Source: Oopsacas minuta (lineage: Eukaryota > Animalia > Porifera). From it: a DNA stretch of 64,000 nt. A program made the translations under genes and the position numbers. Below are positions 11,934-24,055 of the stretch, one piece after another; position 1 is the first letter of the stretch; the number at the start of each line of letters is the position of its first letter. The notes beneath the pieces were generated by a model. It saw nothing but the letters and a program-made list of their open reading frames with translations, was not told the DNA's origin and made no database searches. The stretch covers positions 177,905 to 241,904 of the forward strand of contig JAKMXF010000244.1 in assembly GCA_024704765.1 (NCBI GenBank). The letters run 5' to 3'.

Positions 11934-14900
11934 CAAGGGTTGTTCAATAAGTATTGTGACTAATGTATCGAATTCATATACTAGTTAATACAGCGCTAAG
12001 CCTAATATCAGATTACAAGCCTAACTTGATTGTCTAACTTCCATACAATACACTCTTTACTCTACTAGCATATTCTTCAGTATAAAGTTTATTTGTATAG
12101 GCTACTTTTTTCAACTAATGGATTTTAGCAAAGAAGAAAAACGACAAATAATTTGGTACCTGTGGAAAAAGGGGAAGACTGGCTCATACATTCTTCGTGA
12201 AATGCAGGACATTTTCAGTGATGAATGTCCTTCGAAAGCCACCACATATAGATGGATCGAACGTTTTGATCATGGCGATGAGGAACTCCACGATGACCCT
12301 GGTCCAAGTTGTCCAACTTCCTCAAAAACCCGCAGTAATATCGAGAGGGTCCAAACAATTTTGGACGAGGAGGGATGAATAACCCTGCAAGAGTTAGAAG
12401 AGAGAGTAAGTATATCAAAAGCCACATTGCACTCGATTATCACTGAAGATATGGAAGTGTCGAAGGTAACAGCGCGTTGGGTCCCAAAACTTCTTTCAAA
12501 AGAACAAAAACGCGAAAGGGTCAGAGATAGCAAAGAATTACTTTCAGATACAAGGCAGATGAAGACTTTTTGGATCGTGTAGTAACGGGGGATGAAACTT
12601 GGTTTCAGTATTATGAATCAGAGAGCAAAACTCAATCGAAGCAGTTTAAGAGACTAGATGAACCTCTACCCATAAAGGTAAAGGCCACAAAATCAGCAGG
12701 GGAGAGAATGGCAACAGTATTTTGAGATAGGGAAGGAATTATACACCTCGACTGGTTGCCTGGGAAGACAACCATAAACAGTGATTATTCACGTTGACGA
12801 ATAGAAAGAATTGCGTCAAGCGATTAAACGTGAGAGGTGAGGCAAGTTGATACGTGGCGCATTGGTGCAACACGACAACGCAAGGCCCCATGTAAGCTCT
12901 AAGACAATGGCTACAATTGACGACTTAGGATTCGAATGCCTCCCTCATCCCCCGTATATTCCAGACCTGGCTCCAGCGACAACTAGCTGTTTGGAGAGAT
13001 GAAGAGACCTCTTCGAGGGAAGAGATTTGAGGATTTCAAACGGCTGGAGTATGAAATATGACAGTGGGAAAAGGGACCCGTAAAGAATTCTATACCACTG
13101 GGCTGGAAAAGTTACCAGAACGATAGAAACGGTGTATAAAGTTAAAGGGGGAATTTATCGAAACATTTGATAATCAATTATGATAAGTATAGGTTCCTAT
13201 ATGAATTATGAAAGGAAGTCTCATTACACAACTCAACAAGATTTCTCATCAGAGATCACATACATTTATCTTAGCATACTTTTGAATGCTGAACTCGAAT
13301 CTGCAATCAGAATTTCTCTAGCACGTCTAGTTATTCTGAAATCCAATATCCATTTTCAATAGTATAGTATTTCCTAGTTACTAAATTGCTATATGAGCAT
13401 GCCTATTCTGATTCAATTATCTGGAATATAAATGACTTTACTTATTTGAATTCAAGCAAATCAAATTATAAACATGCTTCGTAATTGTAGAACTCATCCC
13501 GACAATTTTTGTTACGTTTGTGGTCTTTTTTGCGTAAAATCACAAAGACGACCAATCACAAATCAATTAAAGAACATATACAAATTGTACTTCGAATGTC
13601 CACTTGGTGACCAAGGCAAGTTGTGGGCACCACATGTAATATGCACTTCTTGTTCAAGTGGACTACGTGATTGGTTGAACAAAAGGAAAGTTTCAATGCC
13701 ATTTGCAATACCCATGGTCTGGAGGGAACAGAAAAATCACCTTGATTAATGTTACTTTTGCCTTATCGACATTACAGGATCCTCAGCCAAGAATAAGCAC
13801 GCTCTTGTTTACCCAGACTTGGATTCTGCTCGCAGGCCAATTCCACACGACATCTCATTACCAATCCCAAATCTCAAGCCATAGCAAATTAAAATCGGGT
13901 CTGATATGGTGGAAGATGTTAATGCAGATTCTACAGATGCTAATTAAGTCCCGGAAGATGAATTACTAGAGCCACAAACATTTACACAGGGAGAATTGAA
14001 TGACTTGGTCAGGGATCTAGACTTATCTAAGACAAGGCTTAATCCTTGCATCCAGGCTCAAACAGAAAAACCTACTCGACAAAGATGTCTTAGATCCCAC
14101 TATCGCAAGCGAAATTTCGATCTCGCTCAATACTAAACCACTGATGGTCCACTGTGCTATTGTAATGACATCGAAGGACTCTATGCAAACCTATTACAAG
14201 AACATTCTTCCTCTGATTGGCGCCTTTTCATCGACTTGTCAAAACGCAGTTTGAAAGCTGTTCTGTTGCATAACGGAAATCTAAAGCCTGGTGTTCCAAT
14301 TGCTCACTCCGTCTATCTCAAAGAAACCTTCGTCAATTTGCATGAAGTTTTGGAGGCAATACAGTATAGAACACATATATAGAATATTTGCGGTGATCTT
14401 GAGATAATCGGGCTATTGATGGGCTTGCAACAAGGTTTTACAAAGTACTGTTGTTTCCTATGTCTATGGGACAGCCGAGCAACTGGTGAAGAGTATAAAA
14501 AATGTGATTGGCCGAAGAGAACCTATGATGTGGGGAAAACCAATTTACAGCATTCGCCATTGGTAGATCCAAACAAAGTTTTCTTACCCCCACTTCATAT
14601 TAAACTTGGATTAATGAAAACATTCGTTAAAACAATGGGCAAAACAAATTCAGCAGGATTTCTGCATTTGGTAGGCAAATTTCCGAAACTAAGCGAGGCA
14701 AAGCTAAAAGAGGGAGTATTTGTAGGACCACAAATCAGACAAGTATTCAGAGATCCAGATTTCGAGAAGACATTATCCGAATTAGAAATGAGTGCTTGGA
14801 ATTCTTTCAAATGGGTTCGTGAAAACTTTTGGGCAACAAGAAGTCGTCCAACTACAGAGAAGGAGTGGAAACCTTGCTTAACGCATACGAGAAGATGGGC

Positions 14901-15530
14901 TATCGCATGTCGCTAAAAATTCACTTCTTGCACTCTCACCTTGATTTTTTCCCTGAGAACCTTGGTACTGTAAGTGATGAACAGGGTGAGAGATTCCACC
15001 AAGACATACAGGAGATGGAAACCCGATACCAAGGTTTCTGGAATGAAGGCATGATGTCCGATTACTGTTGGAGGCTCTTCAGAGATAATCCCAACAAGAT
15101 GTATAAAAGGAAGTCGTCCTCTCAACACTTTTAATTTAGTTAGCTACCTTTATACTTCTAGATGGATATGTATTTCCCCTTAGTTTGTGAGTAGTTGATA
15201 CATGCATGAATGTGAATAATTATATGTAAGAGCTAGGATAATAACTGATATTATCTTGGCATTAATCGAAAACATCGAAACGTTGATGTATTTCAGATGG
15301 CTATCATGTAAGAAGACAAAAAGACAGCCACTACCATAAAATAACAGGAAAAATTTAGGAAATATATAAAAATCGTTGAGTTGTAGATGGAAAAAAACTG
15401 GGCGTGCTGGAAAGAATCTGAAAGCAGATTTGAATTCAGCGTAAAATAGCTTAGAAAATGTCAATCTAATACTTGATAAGAAAATGAAGTTAAATTTTGT
15501 TGACCTGTGTTATTTATTGAACAACCCTTG
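11934..15530 (+). mobile_element. mariner-family element (about 1.31 kb when reconstructed), degenerate transposase 12118-13170, interrupted inside its right TIR by a second transposon
   Basis: TA|CAAGGGTTGTTCAATAAGTATTGTGAC at 11934 and TTATTGAACAACCCTTG at 15514-15530. Motifs WVPKLL, VTGDETWF, HDNARPH and PHPP(Y)..PDLAPS are present, with frameshifts and stops. Confidence 0.9.
13227..15509 (+). mobile_element. 2,283-bp DDE-type DNA transposon with long imperfect TIRs and a TTA target-site duplication; pseudogenised transposase 13474-15134
   Basis: Protein motifs CRTHPDNFCYVCG, WRLFID.SKRSLKAVLLHNGN, KYCCFLCLWDSR, PPLHIKLGLMK, GPQIR and LKIHFLHSHLDFFPENLGTVSDEQGERFHQDI belong to a widespread invertebrate transposase family; I cannot name the superfamily with certainty. 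TTA flanks both ends (13224-13226, 15510-15512), and about 100 bp of the ends align as inverted repeats. Confidence 0.85.
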
Positions 15531-16078
15531 CAATTACCGAAAGATTGGTATTCTACCCCACGTAATAAATTTAATAGCTACTCCTACTGAGTATCCTTAG
15601 CTACATAGCAATCTAGAATAGATTATATAAGAAATTGATCAGGGTGACCTACGTTCTGTGTATCAAAGGAGATTCCAGTTTAATTGCAGGTTGTCCTTGA
15701 ACTTTCAAGAAACATGGGACACAAGTTTAGCCCATTGCAGATAAGTAATTGTGTTGCGAATTGTGGCTAATCAAACCGAGTAGGTATTTTCTTGTAGTTC
15801 GAGGTAGATGTATTGTATAAGTAAATTGAAAGGTTTTACAAACAAGATTAGGGAGGTTCTCATCTATAGCTCGATTTATTCGAAATCTTGACTGAATAAA
15901 TTTCCCAGCTTGAATCATTGATATTTTTAATTCGTGGAACAATTTCCTATAAATTTGAACATCACAAGCGATATATCATAGTTTTTGCGGTTTCATATAT
16001 AATAAAATGTTGAAAATGATTATTGAATTGCAATATAATGAATTTACAAATATTTTATATGTATTTTAGTCAACTATA

Positions 16079-16979
16079 CAGTTAAGGGACAAAAGTATTC
16101 GACCACACAAATATATTGTCATAAATTGTATACTCTTTCCCGTTCCTATACACTGTATAGTCTATATTCGTAGCTGCAATCTAGTAATTTGCATAGAATA
16201 ACATGTTTTTCAAGAATTTCAAAACAATATTTGCGATTTGCACTTTTTGAAGGTGTTAATTATTAATAATTATTAGATAATTATTGATAATCAAAACATG
16301 TGGTAATTCAAAACCTATTAAGAATCTATAATTTCTGACTTGATATTTGAATTCTACTTAGGCGAGTTACCCCAGATTAAATTTCAATGGGATTGAACAA
16401 TTTTCGCCAGAGTTATAGATGAATTTCAATTTGTGCCATTTGTGCCACCTTTTGCCCAAGGGGCACAAGTGGCCGTTACCAAGAGGTTATTTTGTAATTC
16501 AAGGGTTAGCATAGTCATATAATTCGAAAATATTACTATGACTTATTCCTCCTAACCCTAGTTGATTTCCTTGTAGTGGCGTTTTTTCCAGTCACCAGTG
16601 TCACTTTTTGCAACAAGTGGCACAAATTGAAATTCTTCTATAACTTTGGTAAAAATTGTTCAATCCCATTGGAAATTTCAATCTGGGGTAACTCGCCTAA
16701 GTAGAATTCAAATATCAAGTCAGAAATTATAGATTCTTGATAGGCTTTGAATTACCACATATTTTGATTATCAATAATTATCTAATAATTATTAATAATT
16801 AACACCTTCAAAAAGTGTAAATCGAAAATATTGTTTTGAAATTCTTGAAAAACATGTTATTCTATGCAAATTACTAGATTGCAGCTACGAATATAGACTA
16901 TACAGTGTATAGGAACGGGAAAGAGTATACAATTTATGACAATATATTTGTGTGGTTGAATACTTTTGTCCCTTAACTG
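16079..16979. mobile_element. 901-bp foldback/MITE with near-perfect TIRs of about 365 bp and a TA TSD
   Basis: TA|CAGTTAAGGGACAAAAGTATTC at the left end and GAATACTTTTGTCCCTTAACTG|TA at the right. The arms stay complementary inward to about 16445 and 16610. No ORF. Confidence 0.9.
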
Positions 16980-17895
16980 TATATATATATAGTAGAGCAA
17001 ATAATTTGCCTAAATGTTTGCTACAGTGACGAACGATATAGGATAGCAATTCGTTTATAACACAATTTCTGTCAACAAAATTGTTAATAAGTTACAAATT
17101 GTTTAATTAATACATTAAGTATAGATATTGCCTACTCTACATAATGCGAAACAGTAACTAGTGGATTTGGACTAGAGATAGATAACTCGATGAAACAAAC
17201 TTCTACTTGGGTCATTTTATAAGCTCGTAAGCCTGGATGATAATTTGAGTATAATAACTTCTACTATACCAAAAATACATGATATGTGTAGAGTTGATAA
17301 TGATCCACAAAATATACTATCATAAGCACTATACCCATATTCAAAATGTCAATTTTGCTACTTTTATCAATGCAATTAAGGCACGGAATATGGACCCAAA
17401 AATTGGTATTTGCTATCCTAAAATTTGCACCACCGGGTGACTTCGCATTTTCCAACATAAAAATGTCATATATTGTTAGGTATGAATCTAATAATAGTTT
17501 GTCTAACTCGAAAGTGTTCACTTTATCCGAATTTTCTCAGTGTCTTGCGCTATGGGAAATGCTATTTTTTAGCCAATAAATTCTATATTATGGTTTAATT
17601 GCAAGATCTATCTATAAAATTATATTCTTGAATTATATAAAGTTAAACTTTTTGTTGTTAATTGCCATTGGTTATTTACTTAACTAGAACTAATTGCATA
17701 CAATTGGACCTGTGGATGGTATATTATTGCATGAATAACTCTATAACCTAAGTGGCCCAGATAAGAATTAGCTGGAGACGGCACCATGAAAGACATATAC
17801 ATTCTGCCTTGCATCTCGTATAATTTAAAGCGCCTAGAGAGTTAAATAATCGTTAGATAGGACAAAAATACCATACTAATCGCACAGACTATATA

Positions 17896-19272
17896 CCGGG
17901 TGATTCAAAAAAAATGCAACCCCAAGTAAATGTTTGCAGTGAAGACAATTCTCAATCAAACTCAATCAAACTCAGAACATACGTAGAACATCTATATTTT
18001 TAGTACATATTAAAAATTCAGCGTACTACAGTCAATATTTTATGAATTAGAGCAAATGTTCCAAATGACCTCCTTTGAGTTCTGTACATTTCTGAGTGGT
18101 ACCACCAACTTGTTCATGACATTTTTGGATACAGTGGTCGGAATCTTTCTAATTTCTTCTCTGATGTTTTCCTTCAACTTGCTGATGGTTCTAGGCTTAG
18201 TAGAATAAACTCGGTCTTTAAGATAGCCCCACAAGTAGAAGTCAGGAGGGTTTAAGTCGGGGCTATAGGGGGTCCACTCAAAATTCGTCTTGAGACTGAT
18301 GACTCTTACTCCAAAGTGTTCTTTGAGCCAGTCCCTGGAGAAATTTGAGGTGTGCGAGCTCGCTCCATCTTGTTAGAACCAAAAGTGATTCAGAAGTGAT
18401 GGGTAGAGGACTCTGAGCTGCTCCCAGAAGAGCTCAAGGACTTGGACATAATGTTCTTTCATAACTATAACAGCCCTATCATTTTCTTCAAAAAAGGATG
18501 GTCCTATGATCCCTTTCGCCGAAATGGCTGCCATACTGTGCATTTTTCTGAGTGTAGTGGTTTCATTGCAACTTCCATTGGTCTCTGGGTTCCCCAGAAC
18601 ACGTTTGTCTTGGAGTTGATTTTTCCATTTAGATAAAAGTGGGCTTCATCGGACATCCAATGTAGTGAAAGAAATCGGCCCTGACATTCAATTTTTTCCA
18701 CCAAATTCTTGGACATTTTAAGCCTTTTGGACTTATCACCTGCTGTTAACATCTGTTTTATTTGTATACGATATGGAAACCTCTTAAGATCATCAATTAG
18801 GATCCTCCTGATAGTGCTTGCAGATATTTTTCTATCCAATGACAATGATTGACTCCTCCGCCTGATTGACGTTTTGGACTGAATTCAACAGAATTTCGGA
18901 CCATCTCAATAACTTTTGCTGTTCGTTTCTTTCTTCGACCAGAATGCGTTAGTCTGTCATCACACTTATTATTGAGGTTTTGAACTGTCCCATACTTCCT
19001 AAATTTCTCCACCCAACGATAGTTCATCGATTTATCGGGGGCAACTTGGGTCTGGAATGATGTACGAAAATTGCGTCTTTGCAGTCTCGTATGAGGAGGT
19101 ATTAAAATAATGTTCCACGCAGAAAATTCGGTGCTCCAGTATCCAATTTGGCATTTTCTGATCGTTTAGACTCAAACTAATTATAATCAAAAAGAATAAA
19201 TAGAATTAGTTAAGAAATAAAGATAGGGTACCCGTAAAACATTTTGGGTTGCATTCTTTTTTAATCACCCTG
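17896..19272 (-). mobile_element. Tc1/mariner superfamily DD41D (rosa-type) element, degenerate transposase about 19154-18040
   Basis: TIRs C(C/A)GGGTGATT(C/A)AAAAAA..ATGCAACCC with TA flanks. Motifs WMSDEAHFYLNG, WF*QDGASSH and SPDLNPPDFYLWGYLK; I count 41 residues between the 2nd and 3rd Asp. Confidence 0.9.
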
Positions 19273-19458
19273 TATTACGGACCTTTAGATACTCAGAAGT
19301 AATCATATTCGGGACCAGGCAAGAATACACCTTCTCTAAATCCATAATAATTTATAGCGCAATCTAGGTATTCGCATAATTGTAGAGTAACAAATTATCA
19401 AAAATTACATCAAAAATTTCACAAATGTGCAAAAATAGTAAGCAATTATTTGTTTATA

Positions 19459-20814
19459 CAGTCTGTCCAAGAATTATTGCAACACCAAACCATTTATAGT
19501 CAAACCACAATTTACTGAATACGCAACTAGCCATATACTTGAAACATTCGAATTTCAAAAACTGATACGTTACCTCTCTATTCCGTTTAAACTTTTCAAA
19601 AATACATTATAATTGATCTCAGTCACTTAATACATAATTATGACGTCACTGTTTTAATAGAATTCATTCGTAATCAGCGTTTTTTCACTTAACAATTTAG
19701 CATAGATTATTTCAATGGCTCAAGAGTCATCAAGAATAAAGATTGAGACTCTGTTGAATGGAGGTAAACATACGCCTACTGAGATTTCACGACTTTTGAA
19801 AGTGAATCGGACTACTGTCTATAGGGTGAAAAAACGACTTGATGCCGGTGTTTCCATTAAACACAAACAAGGAAGTGGGAGACCTGGTAAAATATGCAAG
19901 AGCATTAAGTATTCTGCTGCACAGATAATTAAATCATATCCAGAGATCAGTTTATGCAAACTGGCAAATAAATTAACAGAGAAAAAGAAGATGAAAGTTT
20001 GTAAGAGTACTGTTCATTGGACACTGCGTCGTCTAAAGTATTCTAAGCCTCTTCCCGCACAAATTCCGTTGTTATTTGAAAAAAATCGGTTGTTTAGGAT
20101 TGAGTGGGCGCGTAAAAACATGAATAAATTATGGTGCCGGGCTGTTTTTGCAAATGAAGCATCTTTTTGGTTGAATAGGGGGAGAGTCAGAATGTGGACA
20201 AAATCGGGAAAAAAACGGTTCCAAAAAACAACGAAGCATTCGTCAAAATTACACATTTGGGCGGCATTTTCGTCTTTGGGACGTTTCCTATCTGTATTTT
20301 TCGACAGAACTTGGACGCGAAGCTGTTTGTTAATATTTTAAAATGGAATTTAATCGACCAAGCGGAGGTATTTCATGGAAACCGCTGGTTTCTTGTTCAA
20401 GACAATGATCCTAAGCACAAATCAAAGTTAGTCAAAGGATGGATGTCTGAGAATATGCCGAAAAGTGTGTTTGAATGGCCAAGTCAATGACCAGATCTTA
20501 ACCCTATCGAAAATGTGTTTGCAGTCTTGAAGGGTCATGTTAGCAAACAACATCCTAAGAACTTAGCAGAGCTGGAAACTTCTATTTTGGGAGTTTGGGA
20601 TTCACTGTCACCGGAATTCCTAAGATCTTATTGGAAATCAATGAAGCGTAGGTGTCAGATGGTGATTGACAATAACGGAAATAAGATTAACTACTAATTT
20701 GAGTATACTGTAAACAAATTGATATCACCTTAAACAATATATGACATAAAATTCAGATGTTTTTATAGAACAACATTTACTTTAACAGTGTTGCAATAAT
20801 TCTTGGACAGACTG
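19459..20814 (+). mobile_element. Tc1-like element with DD35E spacing; transposase 19715-20697 has a frameshift, one stop and first-D to N
   Basis: Perfect 27-bp TIR CAGTCTGTCCAAGAATTATTGCAACAC with TA TSD. Motifs FANEASF, VQDNDPKH and WPSQ*PDLNPIE; 35 residues counted between D and E. Confidence 0.92.
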
Positions 20815-21722
20815 TATATGCCATTCTTCTTTGCTGTGTAGAACCTAATATATTAAATATTTCATTTTAATGTGGGACCTAGAGAAATTTTTATTCAAAA
20901 TATCAAACAATACCATAGAAAAGGAGCGAACAAGGTTGACACATTTTTAAGAAAACCTACTTATAACCAAGATAATACATTTTGTCATGATGTTAGCAAA
21001 AGTTATTTAACGGAATGTGAAATATGAACAGATATGGGCATATTCGCGAATATGTCATATTGGTCAGAGTTATCATAACACAATATGTTGTCAGGGTATG
21101 AGAAGTTGGGTATGTACGATAAATTAGCAATCTTGATTTTACAATAATTTCGAGGATTATCGAGTTATAAGCGGATTTTCACATATGTGTCAGCCCTGGT
21201 CGCTCTTGAAAATCATGAATGAGTGAACCTTTACAAAAATGTTGGAATATTTTGCATGAAAATATCGATAGATTATTAAATATTTTCACTTTAAAATGAA
21301 ATATGCATTACATAATGTTCCAAAGGCATAGACAAATGGCGTATTTTAACCAATAATTGTGCTAGACACATATTTCGTCACATTTCTGAAACTATTAGGA
21401 CAAAGTGGTTGATAATTAGTCACTCTACAAATAGGAATAGATAAATTTGAGGAAAATAATATCGTTTATGCAAAATAGAAGTCACACAGAATTTGTTTAA
21501 TCGAGTTACGTTTCACGCTCTGATAATTCGATTAGAGCGTTATACTATTTTCAGAAACTAACAAAATATTTTGGCTCGGGGACGAGTATAGTTCGCAAAT
21601 CGAAAAACAGCTGTAAATCCCTCATGAACTGGTAGAGATCAGAGAAGCAAAAGCCCTTTCAACTGGGGGGCTTTAGTTATCCAATAAATTCTGTTGTGGG
21701 ATTAGCAACCGAGCCATAGTAT

Positions 21723-22252
21723 CAGTGGCGTAACGATGTCTAGTGCCGCTGTGGGCACATGCCTAAACGCCGCCCCCTAAAACGTAAATTTATGAGTAGT
21801 TATCTTAAACAACTCCTGGGAAGGGTGTTGTTTGAAAATTCCCTTGCTGCCTGCCCTGGTTCATTAGATACCATGTTTAGTTATTGTTTACATAATATGT
21901 GATCACGCATATATGTTTGAAACCTTTAACCGAAAATACAATAATACTACCGCTTCGGGTCGTTAGTAGCTCTTCTTGACAGCCTGATCCTTCGTGCTTT
22001 GAGTCTCACAAACCTATCGATCCTATGGGTGAGGTCAGTTGTTTCAGTTAGTCCTCTAACCGATCAAACACTGGTTTAATCCAGAGGGGTGGGTTAAAAC
22101 TTTAAAGAGACAACCTTGGTTAGAACGGATATATATTATCATGGGATCACATGAGATTTATCATATATGTGTGGACTAATATGTCAAAATACCGCCCCCA
22201 GAAAGTGCCGCTGGGGGCACGTGCCCCATTGCCACCCGTCGTTACGCTACTG
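21723..22252. mobile_element. hAT-type MITE (530 bp)
   Basis: TIRs CAGTGGCGTAAC and GTTACGCTACTG. The 8-bp flanks CATAGTAT and CATATTAT are a TSD with 1 mismatch. Subterminal regions are GC-rich. Confidence 0.75.
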
Positions 22253-24055
22253 CATATTATATACATAATGGGATACGTGCTTTGTAACCTTAATAAATGG
22301 GTCTCTATAAATGAGGAAGTCCTATCAGCGGGGAAACTTTGGTTCACCTTCATCATTCCATAGAACAAAGTAACAACGTCTATAAGCTGAGTAGCATACT
22401 TTAGAGATAGTTATGTCTAACACAATTTAAGTTCCCTCTATATGTGGTGATTCTAAGATCTTTGTTAATTAATCAATTTTTGTTCAAATTTGGAAATATA
22501 AACATTCTATCGCTTTGAATAATTAATTCTCAGAAGGAAACCTTTCACAGAAAACATGTTTAGAGTTAAAGGAAGGAGTAGTAAGATTTGATTTGGGTGA
22601 AAGCCTTAAAGACTAGAATACATACTTTGTAGATCAATATACTACCAGATTAATAGATTGCATATTGGTAAATCCCGAGGGCAAAATATATACACTTTAT
22701 GAGTGTCAAAATCTATGGAAAATAATCAAGTTTATGAAGGTCAAAATTCTAAGCCAAAAATACATTAAATGTAAGTAGAATACAAAGACTATAATACATT
22801 TTATGTGGTTGAAAGTGCTATGGCTAAATAAATTCTATGTTGGCAAAGCCCGACGGAAATGATACTTATGTGTATCTCAATCTATGCAGGAATTATGTAA
22901 CACATATTTTTGGATACTATTTCTTCAAATACATTTTGTGAATTTGAATACATATGTGAAAATGTAACAAGAAATAAGAATGCTGCAGAGGATTATATCT
23001 TAAAATCGAGTTAAGAGGTCATTTGAAGGCTGAAATACAAATAACTTGAGTCAAATTGTAGAGTGAAGCTGAAAAAGCAGTAACTCTTATATTCTTAGAA
23101 TGGTATATTGAAACTTTAATGTGTCTCTCTTGTGTTGGCCTAGGGGCGTCGGTGCACCAAATTACTTTAGGTAGTTAATAATTTATATTATAGATTTCGA
23201 ATGATGCCAACAGTGGCGTAGCCAGGAATTACAGGGGGATAATTACCCATTTGGGGTCTAGGGGCGCTGTAAGCCCTCCAATGGGATCCTGAACCACAAC
23301 ATACGTTGACATTCTACTGTCTTATATATACGAATCTCGAGATTATTTCTCTTAACTTCGTAACTGACACTATGTATGGAAAGTATTCGATTGACTGTAA
23401 GTACATTATATCATTGTGCCCAAAGGAATATTAAAATATATTAGCCACGCATAAATTTTGTTTCAACTTGGATAAAATCTTCATAAGAATGTCAAGTGTT
23501 GTCTTACTCGCAATGCTTGCACAGACCCACTGCTACAGCTCAAGCCACTTCTACCCTTAGAATACAATGTATATACCTGAAATGACGAGTAATCAGTTGG
23601 CTGAAGATTCAACTCAGCAAAAAACTAATTAAATTTAAAGTACTTTCCGATGTCTGAATAATATATATTTAGTTCAAACGAAACAAGAAGAAGTGACGTT
23701 TATTATCAATGTAAAAATTGTAAATATCACAAATGTTGTCAGAAAATGGTATTAGCAGAGTGAGGATTCACTCTTCCTATTATTCGACAATCTTCCTGGT
23801 TCATTTCGAATCTGAAAGTTTTATTGATGAATAAATGACTTTAATGTTAGCTAGAATTTCAAATATTGACACAGTAATTCTTTTGAGTTATACATATTTT
23901 GATATCGACTAAAATCCAAACAACAATAAAATCAAAATTTTCAGCATGTTGAAACACCATTGGTCTGGTTTCATATTGAAAGATGATTCTTCAAGAAACT
24001 AGACTTAATATTCACCACCTAAGTGTTAACTTTGATTACATAATTTTTGTAATTA

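Noticed and set aside
15727-15942. 71-aa minus-strand ORF as a possible extra UBR4 exon
   Set aside because: The flanking UBR4 exons join gap-free without it and I see no similarity to UBR4; identity unknown.
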